Source: Oculina patagonica
Taxonomy: Eukaryota
DNA: 64,000 bases
Assembly: GCF_052425735.1 (NCBI RefSeq)
Contig: NC_135767.1
Span: 6,820,001-6,884,000 of the forward strand
Direction of reading: 5' to 3'
Part shown: positions 1 through 12,700 of the stretch, one piece after another
Numbering within the stretch: position 1 is the first letter of the stretch
Layout: every line of letters starts with the position of its first letter
Made by a program: the position numbers and the translations under genes
Notes under the pieces: model-generated
Database searches by the model: none
What the model saw: the letters and a program-made list of their open reading frames with translations, nothing else
Told to the model about the DNA's origin: nothing

Positions 1-1795
1 TACCATTCCATTTTTATTTATTTAGATCAAACGAATCTTATCACCGTTAAAGGAGAAGTTCACTCCAGAATTGCCATTTATTTTATTTACGCCAATAAAA
101 TGTTTACACAAAGATATGTTATTCTCCAAAATTTCAGCGTCCAACGTTCGCTATAACCCTACGAAATCTTTTCCAAAACTCGACAACTGAACGCCGCCAT
201 CTTGGAGCTGGTAATGTATGCGTGACGTCAAAGAGCTCAGCCTGAAGTTTGGCGGGAAAATTTTAATAGTCGAAACTCCTTGTTTTTTGTATTTCTTGGA
301 GCTCTGTTTAAGCAAAATGAAGCTGCACAAACAGGCATTTTGACAAACAAAAGCCACTACGAAGAACTGATGAGAAACAATTTTTTCAAGAATTTTGCCG
401 ATTGAATAGTTCATCCAATCGTGTGTTAGGGTGATAGATTACCTGACAATATGACAACCTAACCCTTTGAACCTCATTTTTAAGAAATTCAAAATATTTT
501 TGCTTTGAGGGCGTGGATGGGGTGGTACCGATGCCATTAGAAGCACTTTGGAAGTTTACACCTGTAACAGTTTTCAGACAATATTTCCGAGTTACTTAAC
601 GACGACCATAAATCTCTAATTTTTTACTTCTATTCAAAAACCGAGAGATAATTAGAGTCGACACCTCTATTGAAACTATCAGAATTATGATTGCGATTTT
701 AGGCAAATGAGAAAAAAATAGGTTATCTGCCCACTTCATTGACATAAACGAAACAAAGAAACGACCAAGCCCACATTATAGGCCTCTTAAATGACAGCAG
801 GTTAAATTATATTGGATTTAGAGAACAGAGAAAACCATTTAAGCTATTAGATTTCAAGGGGAAGTGGAATTTTTTTAGAATGTTCATTTTCTGTCAGATT
901 TCTATCTGCAATATGGTCCTGATAACCCCAAAAGGAAAACGATCTCAAAACTTTTTTTTTGTTTAACTGGGTCGAATATAATGTATATAAAGAAACGTAT
1001 AATGAATATAAAGAAAATAAAGGTTAAAAAGTAACAATATCTCCAGTACAATCTACGCTATTGGAGACTCCCTGTTCTCTAAGAGCAATATAAGGTCGAA
1101 TCCCGGCAAAATGTGTGGCGAAAATATCATTTAAACAATAATTTGCCAGATTTTAGCAAGGGTGAAGAAATTGAGACTCAATCATTGTAACCCTTAAAAT
1201 TTTGAGTCTTTTTTTCAGTTCTAGAATAAATATTAGCGGAGCTCCCAGAGCGTAGCCCCATTCCTTAGAATTTTTGGTAAGCCATCGAGCCGAAAAAAAT
1301 TGGTTATGACGTCAGCGTACGAGCGAACGTCCGTACAGACTCTCCGGGAGGGGGAGGGGAGTGCCAATGTAATCCTGACCAGAGGGGAGACAATGCATGC
1401 CATCCTCTTGTGATGTCAACGGCTGTCCAACGACTTACATTTTGTTATTGGGCATCAATGTTATGGTGAATTGACAGCTGTCAAAACAAGCTTTCCGCTG
1501 ACCAGTATCACATGACCATATCGCGGGCTCAGATATAGAAGACATCGAGGTCGAATGTTTTTTTGAAGTTGACCGCTGACCAAGTAACTTTTCACCATTG
1601 AATCGCGGGCGCAAGTACTTTTCTGTGGTCATTTGCTCTTGAATTACATGAAGCGGAAAGTGAAATTGGGGAAGTGCGCTGGTTGCTGTCGGCTCGGCTA
1701 AATGAAATTTATAAGCTTATCAAGCTTATTTTGAACTTGTGGCGAACAGAATTTCACAAAGGAACTTGTGCCCAGTCTGCCCAGTCTGGTTTATA

Positions 1796-4700
1796 CCAGG
1801 AGGGAGCGGTAAACTTAGGCCTGGGCTCCAGTGGGCGAATAAGGGCAAAAAAATCCGAGGTGTCTGGCAATCGTGACGTCACGAATCGGCTGGCCCGGGA
1901 AGTTTAAACTCAGGTAAACAAATGGTTTCCCCATGAGTGTTTTATGCGGTTATAATCAAACAAATCATAACAAAAATCATGAAAGGATCGTTGATATGCC
2001 GAATCTTATATACGAGTAAGCCTTTTAGGTTCAAATTTGGCTAAAACACATAGCCATGAAGTAATTAAAACAAAAAATTTCGTGATCGATCGATAGGGAT
2101 CGTGATCAAAATGTTACGATGTTGCGCTATTTCAAGGCCGATATCTTTCAAACCCAAAGATATCCACCACGGAGAGAACGATATGATGTTGAAAAAATAT
2201 AAAACTTTAAATGACCGAAAACATTAAATCGTTAAAAAGCTTTCTTAAAATGATCAGTGACTTTAATCACAGCTCACTGGGGGTAATGGCTGCGTAGTTT
2301 GCGTGATTGCCGCGAAAAAGCAAATGAAGAAATAGGCACAAAAATGATGAAAGCGCTTATAATGCAAACCCATAAGCCAAAACACGGCTTGTTAAGTCTA
2401 CATTTGCCGTTGTGATTTGTCCAATATTTCTAAAAAATCCTTACAATAATCTAAAAAAAGTAAATCCACCGTACTCGGCGAGGAAAATCAAATTATTGCG
2501 GGAGGCTGACGCGAGCTTCCCTCGAAAACAAATATATTTACAAAAAGACATCGATCGACTTTATAAAGAGACGTAGGAAGTTTTCACAAGATCAGGAAGA
2601 ACCTAAAAGATCCAATATGTTGAACTGGTAAGTGATTTAACCAATAAAACTTTTTTATAAGATATAGTATCCAACTATCCATACCATGCATGTGGGAGAT
2701 CGATAAGCCACCGTACTCGTTTAAGCTGGTGCAGCCGTATAGTTAACGACAGAATTGCTCCCAGAGCCAATTTTTCAGAAAGTAGCTTCAGAAATAGAAG
2801 CACCATTTGCAATTCTTAAAGGCTACTAACACATGGACATGGTTTTAGACCAAAATTCGTCCTGTTTATTAAAAATTGTTCTCAAGCTGTTTCCTCGGGC
2901 GTCCGCATCGTTCAGTTCATCTCGGCTGCAAACTTCAAATATATTTTTTGACCGAAATGACAAGTATATTGAAGGCCGGCCCTAAATAATTTAACACGAT
3001 TTAGGCAAACCTTGGTTTAACTTGAATATTTTACAGCAAACCCATTTAGAAGGTGCATAACAGCAGATAGAGGTAGAAGACAGAATTAGCTGCTTGTCAG
3101 AATACTTGGATGTAAACATATCTGTTTTGGTCATTTCACATCCATACTTGAGACTTTATTAGGATTTGACCCACTTTGTAACTTCTTTCATTCCTTGGGA
3201 AATTATCAACAATTCTTGTAATGCAGATTTATTATGCCTGGGGCCTTTCCAACTACATACTACAATAAAAATGTGCATGTTTTCATCATTTTTATGCACA
3301 TTTGTTTATACCCATGGATATGTTATTGCCCAGGCATTATTGTAATGCAAACTAATTCAAAAAAGGATGGCCATAAACAAAAAGAAAGGCAAACTAGTCA
3401 ACCAACTGAAAAAAATACAGTATCTACATAACAATGATGCTAAGGTTAGTGGGGTACAATTAAATTTGTATCATTATCATTGCTGTTAATATAATTTTAT
3501 ACTCAAACAAACTCACAAATCCCTGGGGTGTCCCATTTTGTGGGGGTAAGGTGCTCATTCTACCATGCCCCCCACCCCCTCTGCCAAAAAAATAAAATGA
3601 TGATAACTAATAGTAATTAGACTGAGTGGTGTACAATTCAAATTAATCAGGCAAGTTATTTCAAAACGTAATTGATGCGCGAATGCCATAGGGGGTATCC
3701 AATTTGAAGTTGTTCAAATTGGTACCTGTAATTGGACACCCATATGATTATGCAACAAATAGGCACACGAAGAACCAATCAAAATCAAGAATATTGTTAT
3801 AGATACGATAATAATAATAATTATAATAATAATTTTAGGCAAATAAAAATCTTTGTTCTCAGCCAACTCTTTCCCCTCATTGAAAATCTTTCTGTCCCTT
3901 GTATGTATTTATGTGTAATTGCCCACAAAACACAATAATTAAATAACTTCTTTCATTGAAGGGAAAACAAGCCCAGGGAAGAAAATGGCAGAAACTTTGC
4001 AAACTCAGAAAAAGAGACAAAAACATTGCAGTGAAACTGGAGAGAGTAATTTTTAATACAGTTTTCACAATGACATTTCAGCCCCGACCGGGTGACCGTG
4101 CAACTGGCCCACATAGTGGGGAATTTGATCAGACATTTTGAAAAAAGTCAAATACCCGGGGGTTTGCCGGGAAGGGGGGGGGGGGCATGATCTCACTTGG
4201 AATTGACTGATACATAAATGCAAAATAATGCCTTTTGTGACAACGTATCACCCAGGGGTTAAACATTTTACACAAATACTGATGCAACACTGGGGTCTCA
4301 TCCAAAATCAGCCACTGCTGAAAACAATTTACAAAACGTCTCCGATTTTATCATACAAAAGAGGTAAATCACTCAAAGACAAACTTGTCAGAGCAAAACT
4401 TTAAAGGCTTGTGCATCGCTAAAGTGAAACCACAATAGGGGAGTCTGTGTAAGCCTGTCAATGCCTTTTTCAAACGATTTACAAGCGAGAGCCACTTTTC
4501 TACAGAAGAAAGGCAAAGGTAACAAATGTTGCAAATTCTGTTACATATTTTTAATTAGAAAAATGCTCTAATCCATGAATGTCATAGAAAGTGATAATAT
4601 ATTTAAATGTTTAACAATAGATCTTGGAAGGGAGTGATCCCCTGGAGCAACAGGACAAGAGGAAGAAATTATCTTGCTCAGGTGGTAAACCTGTGATCTT

Positions 4701-6218
4701 GCTTTGAATATATTTGTAAAACCAGAAACTTTACTCCAAAATTATTTTCATATTTACTTTCAAGACATAATTGACAAGCATTTTAATACATAATATCAAA
4801 TTATCTGAACTTTTCCAGCAAGCATTGTTGAATGTACTGGATGAAGATGTTGAGGTTGACAGGCCTAGGGCTTGACACTAACTTTTAAACTCACTGGTTT
4901 ACTGGCTAGTGACATGTCAGATTTTACTAGCCAAAAGTAATTTTTCACTATTCAGACATATTGATTTCTATCAAGAACAGTTGACTTTTCCGAGTTTTTC
5001 ACTACCCAAATGGCTAGTAGGAATGCTAAACCTGGTAGCCCAAACCTAAATTTTAGTAGTCTTTGGCTAGTTGGCTACTGTTAGTCTCAAGCCCTGGGTT
5101 GATAAGAAACATATCAGGGAAATGTGGTTGCCAGTTGACTTTCCCTTGCTTTTTATCTGTGAAGAGAACAGGGAACTGGGAACATCCTCCAAGAATGTCG
5201 TGTCCTGTAGGAGGAGCAGAAGAAGGTTAGCATTATTGCAAAAAATAGTCGAAGGTCTAGATCTCATGATGTAAATTAATGCAATGTAAATTTGTCCAAA
5301 GATTTGTGAAAAACATCAATTTAAAACATTTAATTTGGGTGAAAACATTAATTTTTGGTCTATTATCATACCTTGAAGGAAGTGTACAATGTGCAATAGA
5401 AGGATGCACAAACATTTGTGGGACTAATTCAATGAAGTCGATCACCAGGTCAGTACCTGGCCAAATAAAACTTCAGACAAAATATTAAACTTATATTTTC
5501 CACACTTAGCAGCAATACAATTCAAGAAAATCATATTAACTCAAGCAGCTACTAGGAATTTGCAAGCTTAGCACAACAGTCAAAATAAGTAATTCAGAAG
5601 CTTATTAAAATCATTGAATAGTTCCCAGTAAAAATGAGTAGCCTGTGACCCCCTTATTTAATCATATTTGTGATAATATTCTTGTTTTCTGTAAGTTTTT
5701 ACAGAACAGTTTGAGCAGAAGTTCATCAAGACGATCAAAGATCGACCTCCAAATGGACTGATCATTTTTACTGTTGATTATACGGAGCTATTTTTAAGTA
5801 CAATGTTTTCTTGTGTGTATAATCTTTTCTGAGACCAAGTTTTACATCCCTTCACGTTACCGATCACAGAAAAAAAGGAATTTTACCGTGCGAATAACTA
5901 GAATCTACCTCCACAATTTTCACTCGCAAGGCTAGGCCCGAAATGCTTTGAAATGCAGTTTTTGCATCATTTAATGGTAAAAATTAAATTCCACCTACCT
6001 CTAAAGAAAGAACGAAAACAGCTACATGTGTTGACCGAAACACGACACCATTTGAAGCTGGAATGAGTAGAAAAACAGCTTGAACCAGTGTTATCTTACA
6101 TTGGCTACGCCGCCATTTTCGAAAATTTTTTAGCGTTTCCACGCTTCGATGGCCGTGACGTCACGATTGCCCAAGACCTCGGGACAACCGAGCTGACGAG
6201 TTTACCGCTCCCTCCTGG
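1796..6218. mobile_element. 4.4 kb element with bipartite terminal inverted repeats and 6-bp flanking direct repeat
   Basis: ccaggagggagcggtaaact (1796-1815) / agtttaccgctccctcctgg (6199-6218) is a perfect inverted repeat. An inner inverted repeat lies at 1855-1883 / 6154-6182. tttata flanks both ends. No transposase ORF seen. Confidence 0.75.
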
Positions 6219-7920
6219 TTTATACCTAAACTTTCGTGAAACAGCAAGGTTAACAGCAGAATTTTGAATATGGTTCAGAGTCAAAAGGCAGGAAACAAAC
6301 TCACAACATGCCGATTTACCAAGCGTACGAATGAGTTCACGATCACCGAGAGTCTCCGCAATTGAAAAGCACACGACAGTTTATTACAGATAAATTATTT
6401 CTGGATGTATTCCTCGTTTATCCCGGGATAGCAGCCAAAGAAAAACAGATTGTGACCGATCGAAATGGACGTAAATCTTCCAAGCTACTTGTTGAGTTTA
6501 AAGCAAAGACGGTCAAAGACAAAATCCCTTTACGAAACCAAGGTAAGCTAAGCTTATGTATTATTGATGTTCCTTTTTTAACAGATTAGAAAAGTTTCTG
6601 TTATTTAGATTAACAAGCATTCAATGTATTAGCACTCAGTCGTTCGTGTAACTAAATCACCGTAATTAAATCACCGAAGTAGGAGGAACACAGCACTTTA
6701 AAACGTTGGAAAGAGCAAATTTCCAGTTACACTACAAGATCAAAATTTACATGTGCATTTGCAAATTTGTGTTTTTGACCCTGAAATAAAAAAAAAGTTT
6801 AAAAAGGGCCTGTCTGCAATGAGGAGAATATCATTTAAAGCAAATTTAAAATACATGTACATTTAAATGTACATCAAGGTTTATGAGGTTAATTGAGTGA
6901 CAGGTATTTATGGAGGTTGTAAGAGGCAGTTTGAGTTTATCATTAATTTTATATAAGCAAATCTGTTGCATTTCTAAAACTTGCTATATTAGGATTTCCC
7001 TACCTTTTATGGGTTTTTGATATGGTGTACATTTTGTTTTTAGTGAGGGAAAACAGGAATTCAAGGGGTGCAGTTTATGTCTGTGATGATGAAGGTAAGC
7101 ATTAGATTAGTGTCAGTTTATATATACCTTTATTTCTCTAAATGCTCTGTAACAGAGTTTAGTTTTTGTGAATCTACATCAGTGCATGAAACTTGTTTTT
7201 TAAGTGTAAAATGTTGGGGTTTAAGAAATGATAGGTGTTTCAACTGCTTGGTAAGTTTATGTTTCCTTAAAATCGTGGTTCTATTGAGGAATTTAATATA
7301 CACAACTTACATGTAACAGCACATGTAAATAAACATACAAAATGTAATGTTTTCATTGTTCAAGAAAAGAGGGGATGGGGGAGGGATAGGAGGGCAAAAA
7401 ACCCAACAATTTACTGGAATACTTGTAATTATTTTGTGGGAGAAGTGCAAATTGACCTGTTCAAATTCCGCTTGTTAATAGCTAACCTTAATATCTACAT
7501 GTAAGCTCAAACCCTAACTTGACATAAATTGTCTTGTTGTGGTACTAGGCGAATATAGAAATAGAATTTTAACTCAGCTGAAATTTCACATGAAAACAAA
7601 GAGTTAGTAAACTTTTAGAGCTGCTAAGGCCAGAAAAGCCAGTTGGGCTTGTTGATGAGCCAGCGTAGTGTTTTCTTAGCTACATCGCTAAGAAAGGGGA
7701 GAATATGTAAGCTTTCATGGAATTAATCACAGTGCTTTCAACAGCACCTGTCAGAGAGCAATATAAGAGTCTTAAGACACCTCATTTAATAGGGAAATCA
7801 TGAATTTTAGCCAGTGATTCACCCCGAAACACCCACCAAAGCTCATTCATGTGCCAGGTCTTATTGATAGCACTATTTATGCTTTCAGTAGGTCAAAGGA
7901 TTTTTTTGGTTCTGAACATA

Positions 7921-8437
7921 CCGTAAATGATCTAGTAAACGCCCACTCTCAAATAAATGCCTTGTATCTAATAAACGCCTCCCCTGAAGTGTAAAGTTTG
8001 TATTAGACGCCCCCCTCTTATAAACGCCCCGTGTCTAGTAGACGCCCCCCTCCAAGAATCATCTAAAAAACCAAGGAAATGCTCCATAGAGTAAAATCAC
8101 GCAATATAGTTAGTTTCTTGCTTGACTCGGACATCGAAGAGGCCAACAACGCCAACATGGTTGACCCCGATGACGATGAAAACGTCCATATCGAACTATG
8201 AACGACATCTCTAGGCTTTGCATTAGCGCAGATTAGATTAGTCTGCTACACACCAACTCTGTTTTGTATCTCTCTCCGCGAGTAAACTATGCATCCTATT
8301 TGTTTTGTTGACGTTGTTGCAGTTAAAGTGAAATAAACACCTCTCTCTTGTTAACGCCTTATATCTATTTAATGCCTTCCCTATGACCCCTAAAATTTAA
8401 TAGACGCCCCGGGCGTTTATTAGATCATTTAGTACGG
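7921..8437. mobile_element. Tc1/mariner(pogo)-type MITE
   Basis: TA-ccgtaaatgatctagtaaacgccc ... gggcgtttattagatcattta(g)tacgg-TA; internal repeated taaacgccc/tagacgccc. Confidence 0.75.
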
Positions 8438-9590
8438 TATCCCCCAACACAGTCCCTGGCCCAGGCAAAAATTGGAAAAATATCTCTCTTTTTTTATGTA
8501 TCTGCAGAGTGTTCTAAACAATTTAAGCTAATTTAAAATTATAAACATTCATTTGATGCCATTGAATGATCATCAACAAATCTTATGTCTTTTTTGCCTT
8601 TTTCAGGGTCAACACGAGTAGCAGAATTTCCACAGAGTTGCAGACACAGAAAGAGATAAATGAACAATCAGATTATTATATTTATATATTCTTCATTGCA
8701 TGTACAAATAACACTTGTGTACATGTACTGTGTGTAGAATACAATTTATATATAAGGACAGGTGTAATTTTAAAGTTAATGAAATAAAGCCAGATAAGGT
8801 ACAATCATGTACATAAAAAATCATCCTGCTACCTAAACATTTGATTCCCAGTGCCCACACTACAAAGAACAGTAATTATGATAATGAGATACACATTTCA
8901 TCAATCTCTTAATGCATGGTAAAATGGCATGGTAAAATTTTTGCCAAGCAATCTATACCTGAGTTTAGAACTAACAAACAGTATTTATGCCTCTCCAGAA
9001 TTTTTGCTAAGTTTACATGTAGTAAGGCAAAGGGCAAAGGGACTCATATAAAGGAAAAAGGTGTTATCGTTTTGGGGGACCCTATTTGGCAGAATGACAG
9101 AATATCAATATTTTGCTTGCCACTACCTTTTACTCCAGTTTGCTAGCAGAAAGCTGTTATTTTTGGTGTTAGGCAATAATAAGACTGTCATCGTCACCAT
9201 TCCATCGTATAGGCCCCCTATTTGGGGGGGGGGGGGTGGGTAAGCAACATGCAAAACTTTCCAGTTGTATGCTATGTGCAGCTGTAACATACCAGTTATG
9301 ATGAGGGTATGGATATTTTCAAGAGCAAACCTTTCTTTGTTCTTGGTTAACTTTGAGAGTTGCGAGTATATCTTTAGAAGGTTATGCGTAGACTACTAAT
9401 GATATTGTTGATTGATCAATTTTTTAACTCTTATTTGGTGTTGTTCATGGTAAAAAGGGATACATATCATCATCCTCTCTTGATATCATATATAAAGAAA
9501 ATAACATGAATATAAAAATCAGTCTAAAAAATTATAAAGGTGAAATAACTGGGGAGCTCCGCTTTTAGGCTTGCCTAAATCTATATATTA

Positions 9591-12500
9591 GCTATTTACA
9601 TTTTATCACTCAATCCTAGGGGAACCGTACTGTATATAATGTGGAAATTATTAGATCGGAAGCGATGGAAAAAATTAGGAATTCACCACCATCGAAACGA
9701 TGAAGTGCTGTGAAGTCTCATAAAAATTCAAAACAAGGAGCTATTCATTTTAGAATCAATTGAGTCAATTGATTTCGTCGAGATAAAAGCACGTGAGGAA
9801 AATCTGGAGTGTATAAAGACAAGTTAAGAGCAAACGAAAGCAGGACAAGCTTATTTTTGATCGTCATTAATCAACAGACAAGGAAACCGATGGAAAGGTG
9901 GAATCTCTAAGGAGATTCTGAGCAAGTGCATTTTCTTCAACTTGCTTGGGACATTGTTTATCAGTATAGGAACAAATAAATTCCATAACGTCTTTCCTTG
10001 GTCAACCTATTCGAAGTTACAAACGAACACATGTAAGCTGAACGAACTAAAAGAAAAACTCAACGGTTTAGTAATTATTTTAATTTTCCAAGAAAATGCT
10101 TGTGTAAAGTTGACCAGAAATTTTCTGATTGCTTCCAGTGTGAAAAAGATTGCCTACTGAATCACTCGGACATGGTGATTCCCAGACACCTTGAAAATAA
10201 AAGGGTATAAACTTAACCACTCGAAATACGCTGGTCTTTGATGAGATTACGGAAATTTCAATTTCAATTCCTGATAAGGAAAACGATTACATCAATGTTT
10301 TAATTTAATTTAGTCGAAATCTAATGTATGTAACTGAGAAACCAAAGCGTATAATTCGACAGAACGAAAATAATAAAAAAATAAAGATGGCTATAATTTG
10401 TTCAACAAAATTTAAGCCACTGAAAACTGCCTGTTCCCTAAGAGCCTTTAGATCGGATCCCGACACTATGAATGGCGAAAGTTGTGTTTTTTAACTGATG
10501 TCAATAGGGAAGATGAGATCGAGACTCAGTCATTGTTATCCTTAAAATTTCCCGTCTTTTTAGTATCAGTTCTCACTTAAGCTTTTGGATATTTCCCAGT
10601 TATCAGTCAACCCCAGGCAAACCGAATTCTTATATTCATTTGAATTTCATTACTTCGGAAATGATAAGCATTGTCATAAGCATTTTGCTACAAATGTCCA
10701 ATCCTTTTTAAGTTAAAAATAGAAAAAGTAAAATTAAAAAACAACCTTTAACCCTTGTAAAGACGCTTAAAATGGAACACAAAGCGCGATTCGCATTGTT
10801 CGCACTTCAATCAACTTCGTTAAGACGAATTTCGTCAAGTCAAGAAATCTGGAGTGTATCCAGTTGAAGCCATCTTAACGTCAAATGGAAGCACGTAAAA
10901 CTTTGATCGACTTTTAATTAACAGACAAGAAAAACCGAGGAAAGGTATAATCTCTAGGGAGATTCTGAAAAAGCATATATATATTTTTAATTCTTCAACT
11001 TGTTTTTACATGTTGATGGCTCATAATATCAGTAAAATGAATTCCATCTTGTCTTTCCTTGGTCAACTTATATTCGAAATGAAAACGAACACATGCAAGC
11101 CGCTGGACGAACTTAAACACGAACTCGACCGTTCAGTAAATAATTCGGAATTTCTAAGGAGCTTCTAAGAAAGCGCATTTTCCTTCAATTTTCTTTTCCA
11201 ATTTTGGTTGAAATAACGAAAATATCAGTTTTGCTAAGATTGAAGAAACAAAGCGCAGACCACCTAGGCGTCTTGATATTAAATTGGGAAAGGTTTAACT
11301 TTCTTGGACTTCGAGAAAGCGTATTTATATCTTATTGATAATCACAAACGCGAACAAAATTTAAGCTAGACATATTAAATAGACTGTTATTATTGTTTTT
11401 TTGTTTTACAACAAAGTGGAGAATTTAAAGTGAGATTCAAATTTGACAATTAATGGAGTTTTTTGGATTTACTGTTTCAGTCTCTGCTTATTCATGTTGT
11501 CTTTCCTTGGTCAATACCCTGGTCTCTTGAAAGAATTTTGGTTTATGTTAAAATAACGAAAATGTCATTTGTTAAAATTAAAGAACCAAAGCGCAGACCG
11601 TCAAGGCATCTTGATATGAAATGGAGCAGGTTTAACAGTTCGTCTTCGAGAATGTAATTGATAATGACAAACGACAAACAAAATTTAAGATTTTTTTTTC
11701 TTGCTTTACAGCGAAGTTAAGAATTTAAAGTGAGATTCAAATTTGACAATGAAGTTTTTTGGATTCACCGTTTTTCGGCTGATTCTGGATGTCGCATTGA
11801 CGAAAAGTTCGCATCGTTAAAACTAAAGAAAACAAAGCATAGGCGTCTAAATGTCAAATGGGAGCAGGTTAAACTTTGTTTTTTAATAGACACGACATTT
11901 TAAGTTATCAGATTTCACGGAAAGGCGGAATTTCTAAGGAGCTGCTAAGAAAGCGCATTTTCTTTCAATTTTCCTTTCCAATTTTGGTTGAAATAACGAA
12001 AATATCAATTTTGTTAAGATTAAAGAAACAAAGCGCAGACCACCTAGAGTAGGCGTCTTGATATCAAATTGGGAAAGGTTTAACCTTCTTCGACTTCGAG
12101 AAAGCGTATTTAAAATCTAATTGATAATCACAAACGACGAACAAAATTTAAGATAGTCATATTATTGTTTTTTGTTTTTTTTACAAAAAGTGGAGAATTT
12201 AAAGTGAGATTCAAATTTGATAATGGAGTTTTTGGGATTCACCGTTTCTGGGCTGATTCTGGATGTCGGATTGACGAAAAGTTCACATCGTTAACCTTAA
12301 AGAAAAAAAGCACAGACCACAAAGCCCATGCTATAGGCGTCTAAACTAAATGTCAAATGAGAGCAGGTTAAACTTTGTTATTAAAAGACAAGTCATTTAA
12401 AGGTATTAGATTTCAGGAAAGGTGGACTTTCTAAGGAGCATCTGTAAGAACATATTTTCTTTCAATTTTCTTCTTCAATATTCAACTTGCTTTTCATTAG

Positions 12501-12700
12501 CTTAAATTTCAGTAATGGAAAATAAATTCTGTCACCTCCTTTTCAGGAAAAAGGGTTTGAAATCTTATAAAAAATGACAAACGAACTTAACACGAATAAT
12601 GCTTTCCGAACGACTGTTATGATTGTTTTATTTTTAAACAAAATGAACGCTTTAAACTGAAATGTAAATTTTACATTTCTAATTCTCTGCCGAGTTAAAT
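9591..12700 (+). repeat. Diverged tandem array of the nuclease-locus upstream modules
   Basis: Internal repeats 11146-11470 ~ 11928-12240 and 11690-11930 ~ 12180-12430. Motifs gaatttctaaggagcttct(a/g)agaaagcg and aaatgggagcaggttaaactttgtt are shared with 22735-22870, 26080-26200 and 780-870. Confidence 0.7.

Larger units (their letters stand above)
1233..9590 (+). mobile_element. Non-autonomous Helentron/HINE-like rolling-circle element with ~8 kb internal cargo
   Basis: 12-bp subterminal inverted repeats agcggagctccc (1235-1246) / gggagctccgct (9552-9563); 3' hairpin tttaggc-tt-gcctaaa (9564-9579); cgtac/gtccgtac simple-repeat tract at 1316-1336; T-rich ends. Joined flanks align with an uninterrupted paralogous site at ~10567-10625. 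Confidence 0.65.

Noticed and set aside
47-300. TTAA-flanked Kolobok-like element start (ttaaaggagaagttcac)
   Set aside because: No matching right TIR found in the window, so it cannot be delimited.
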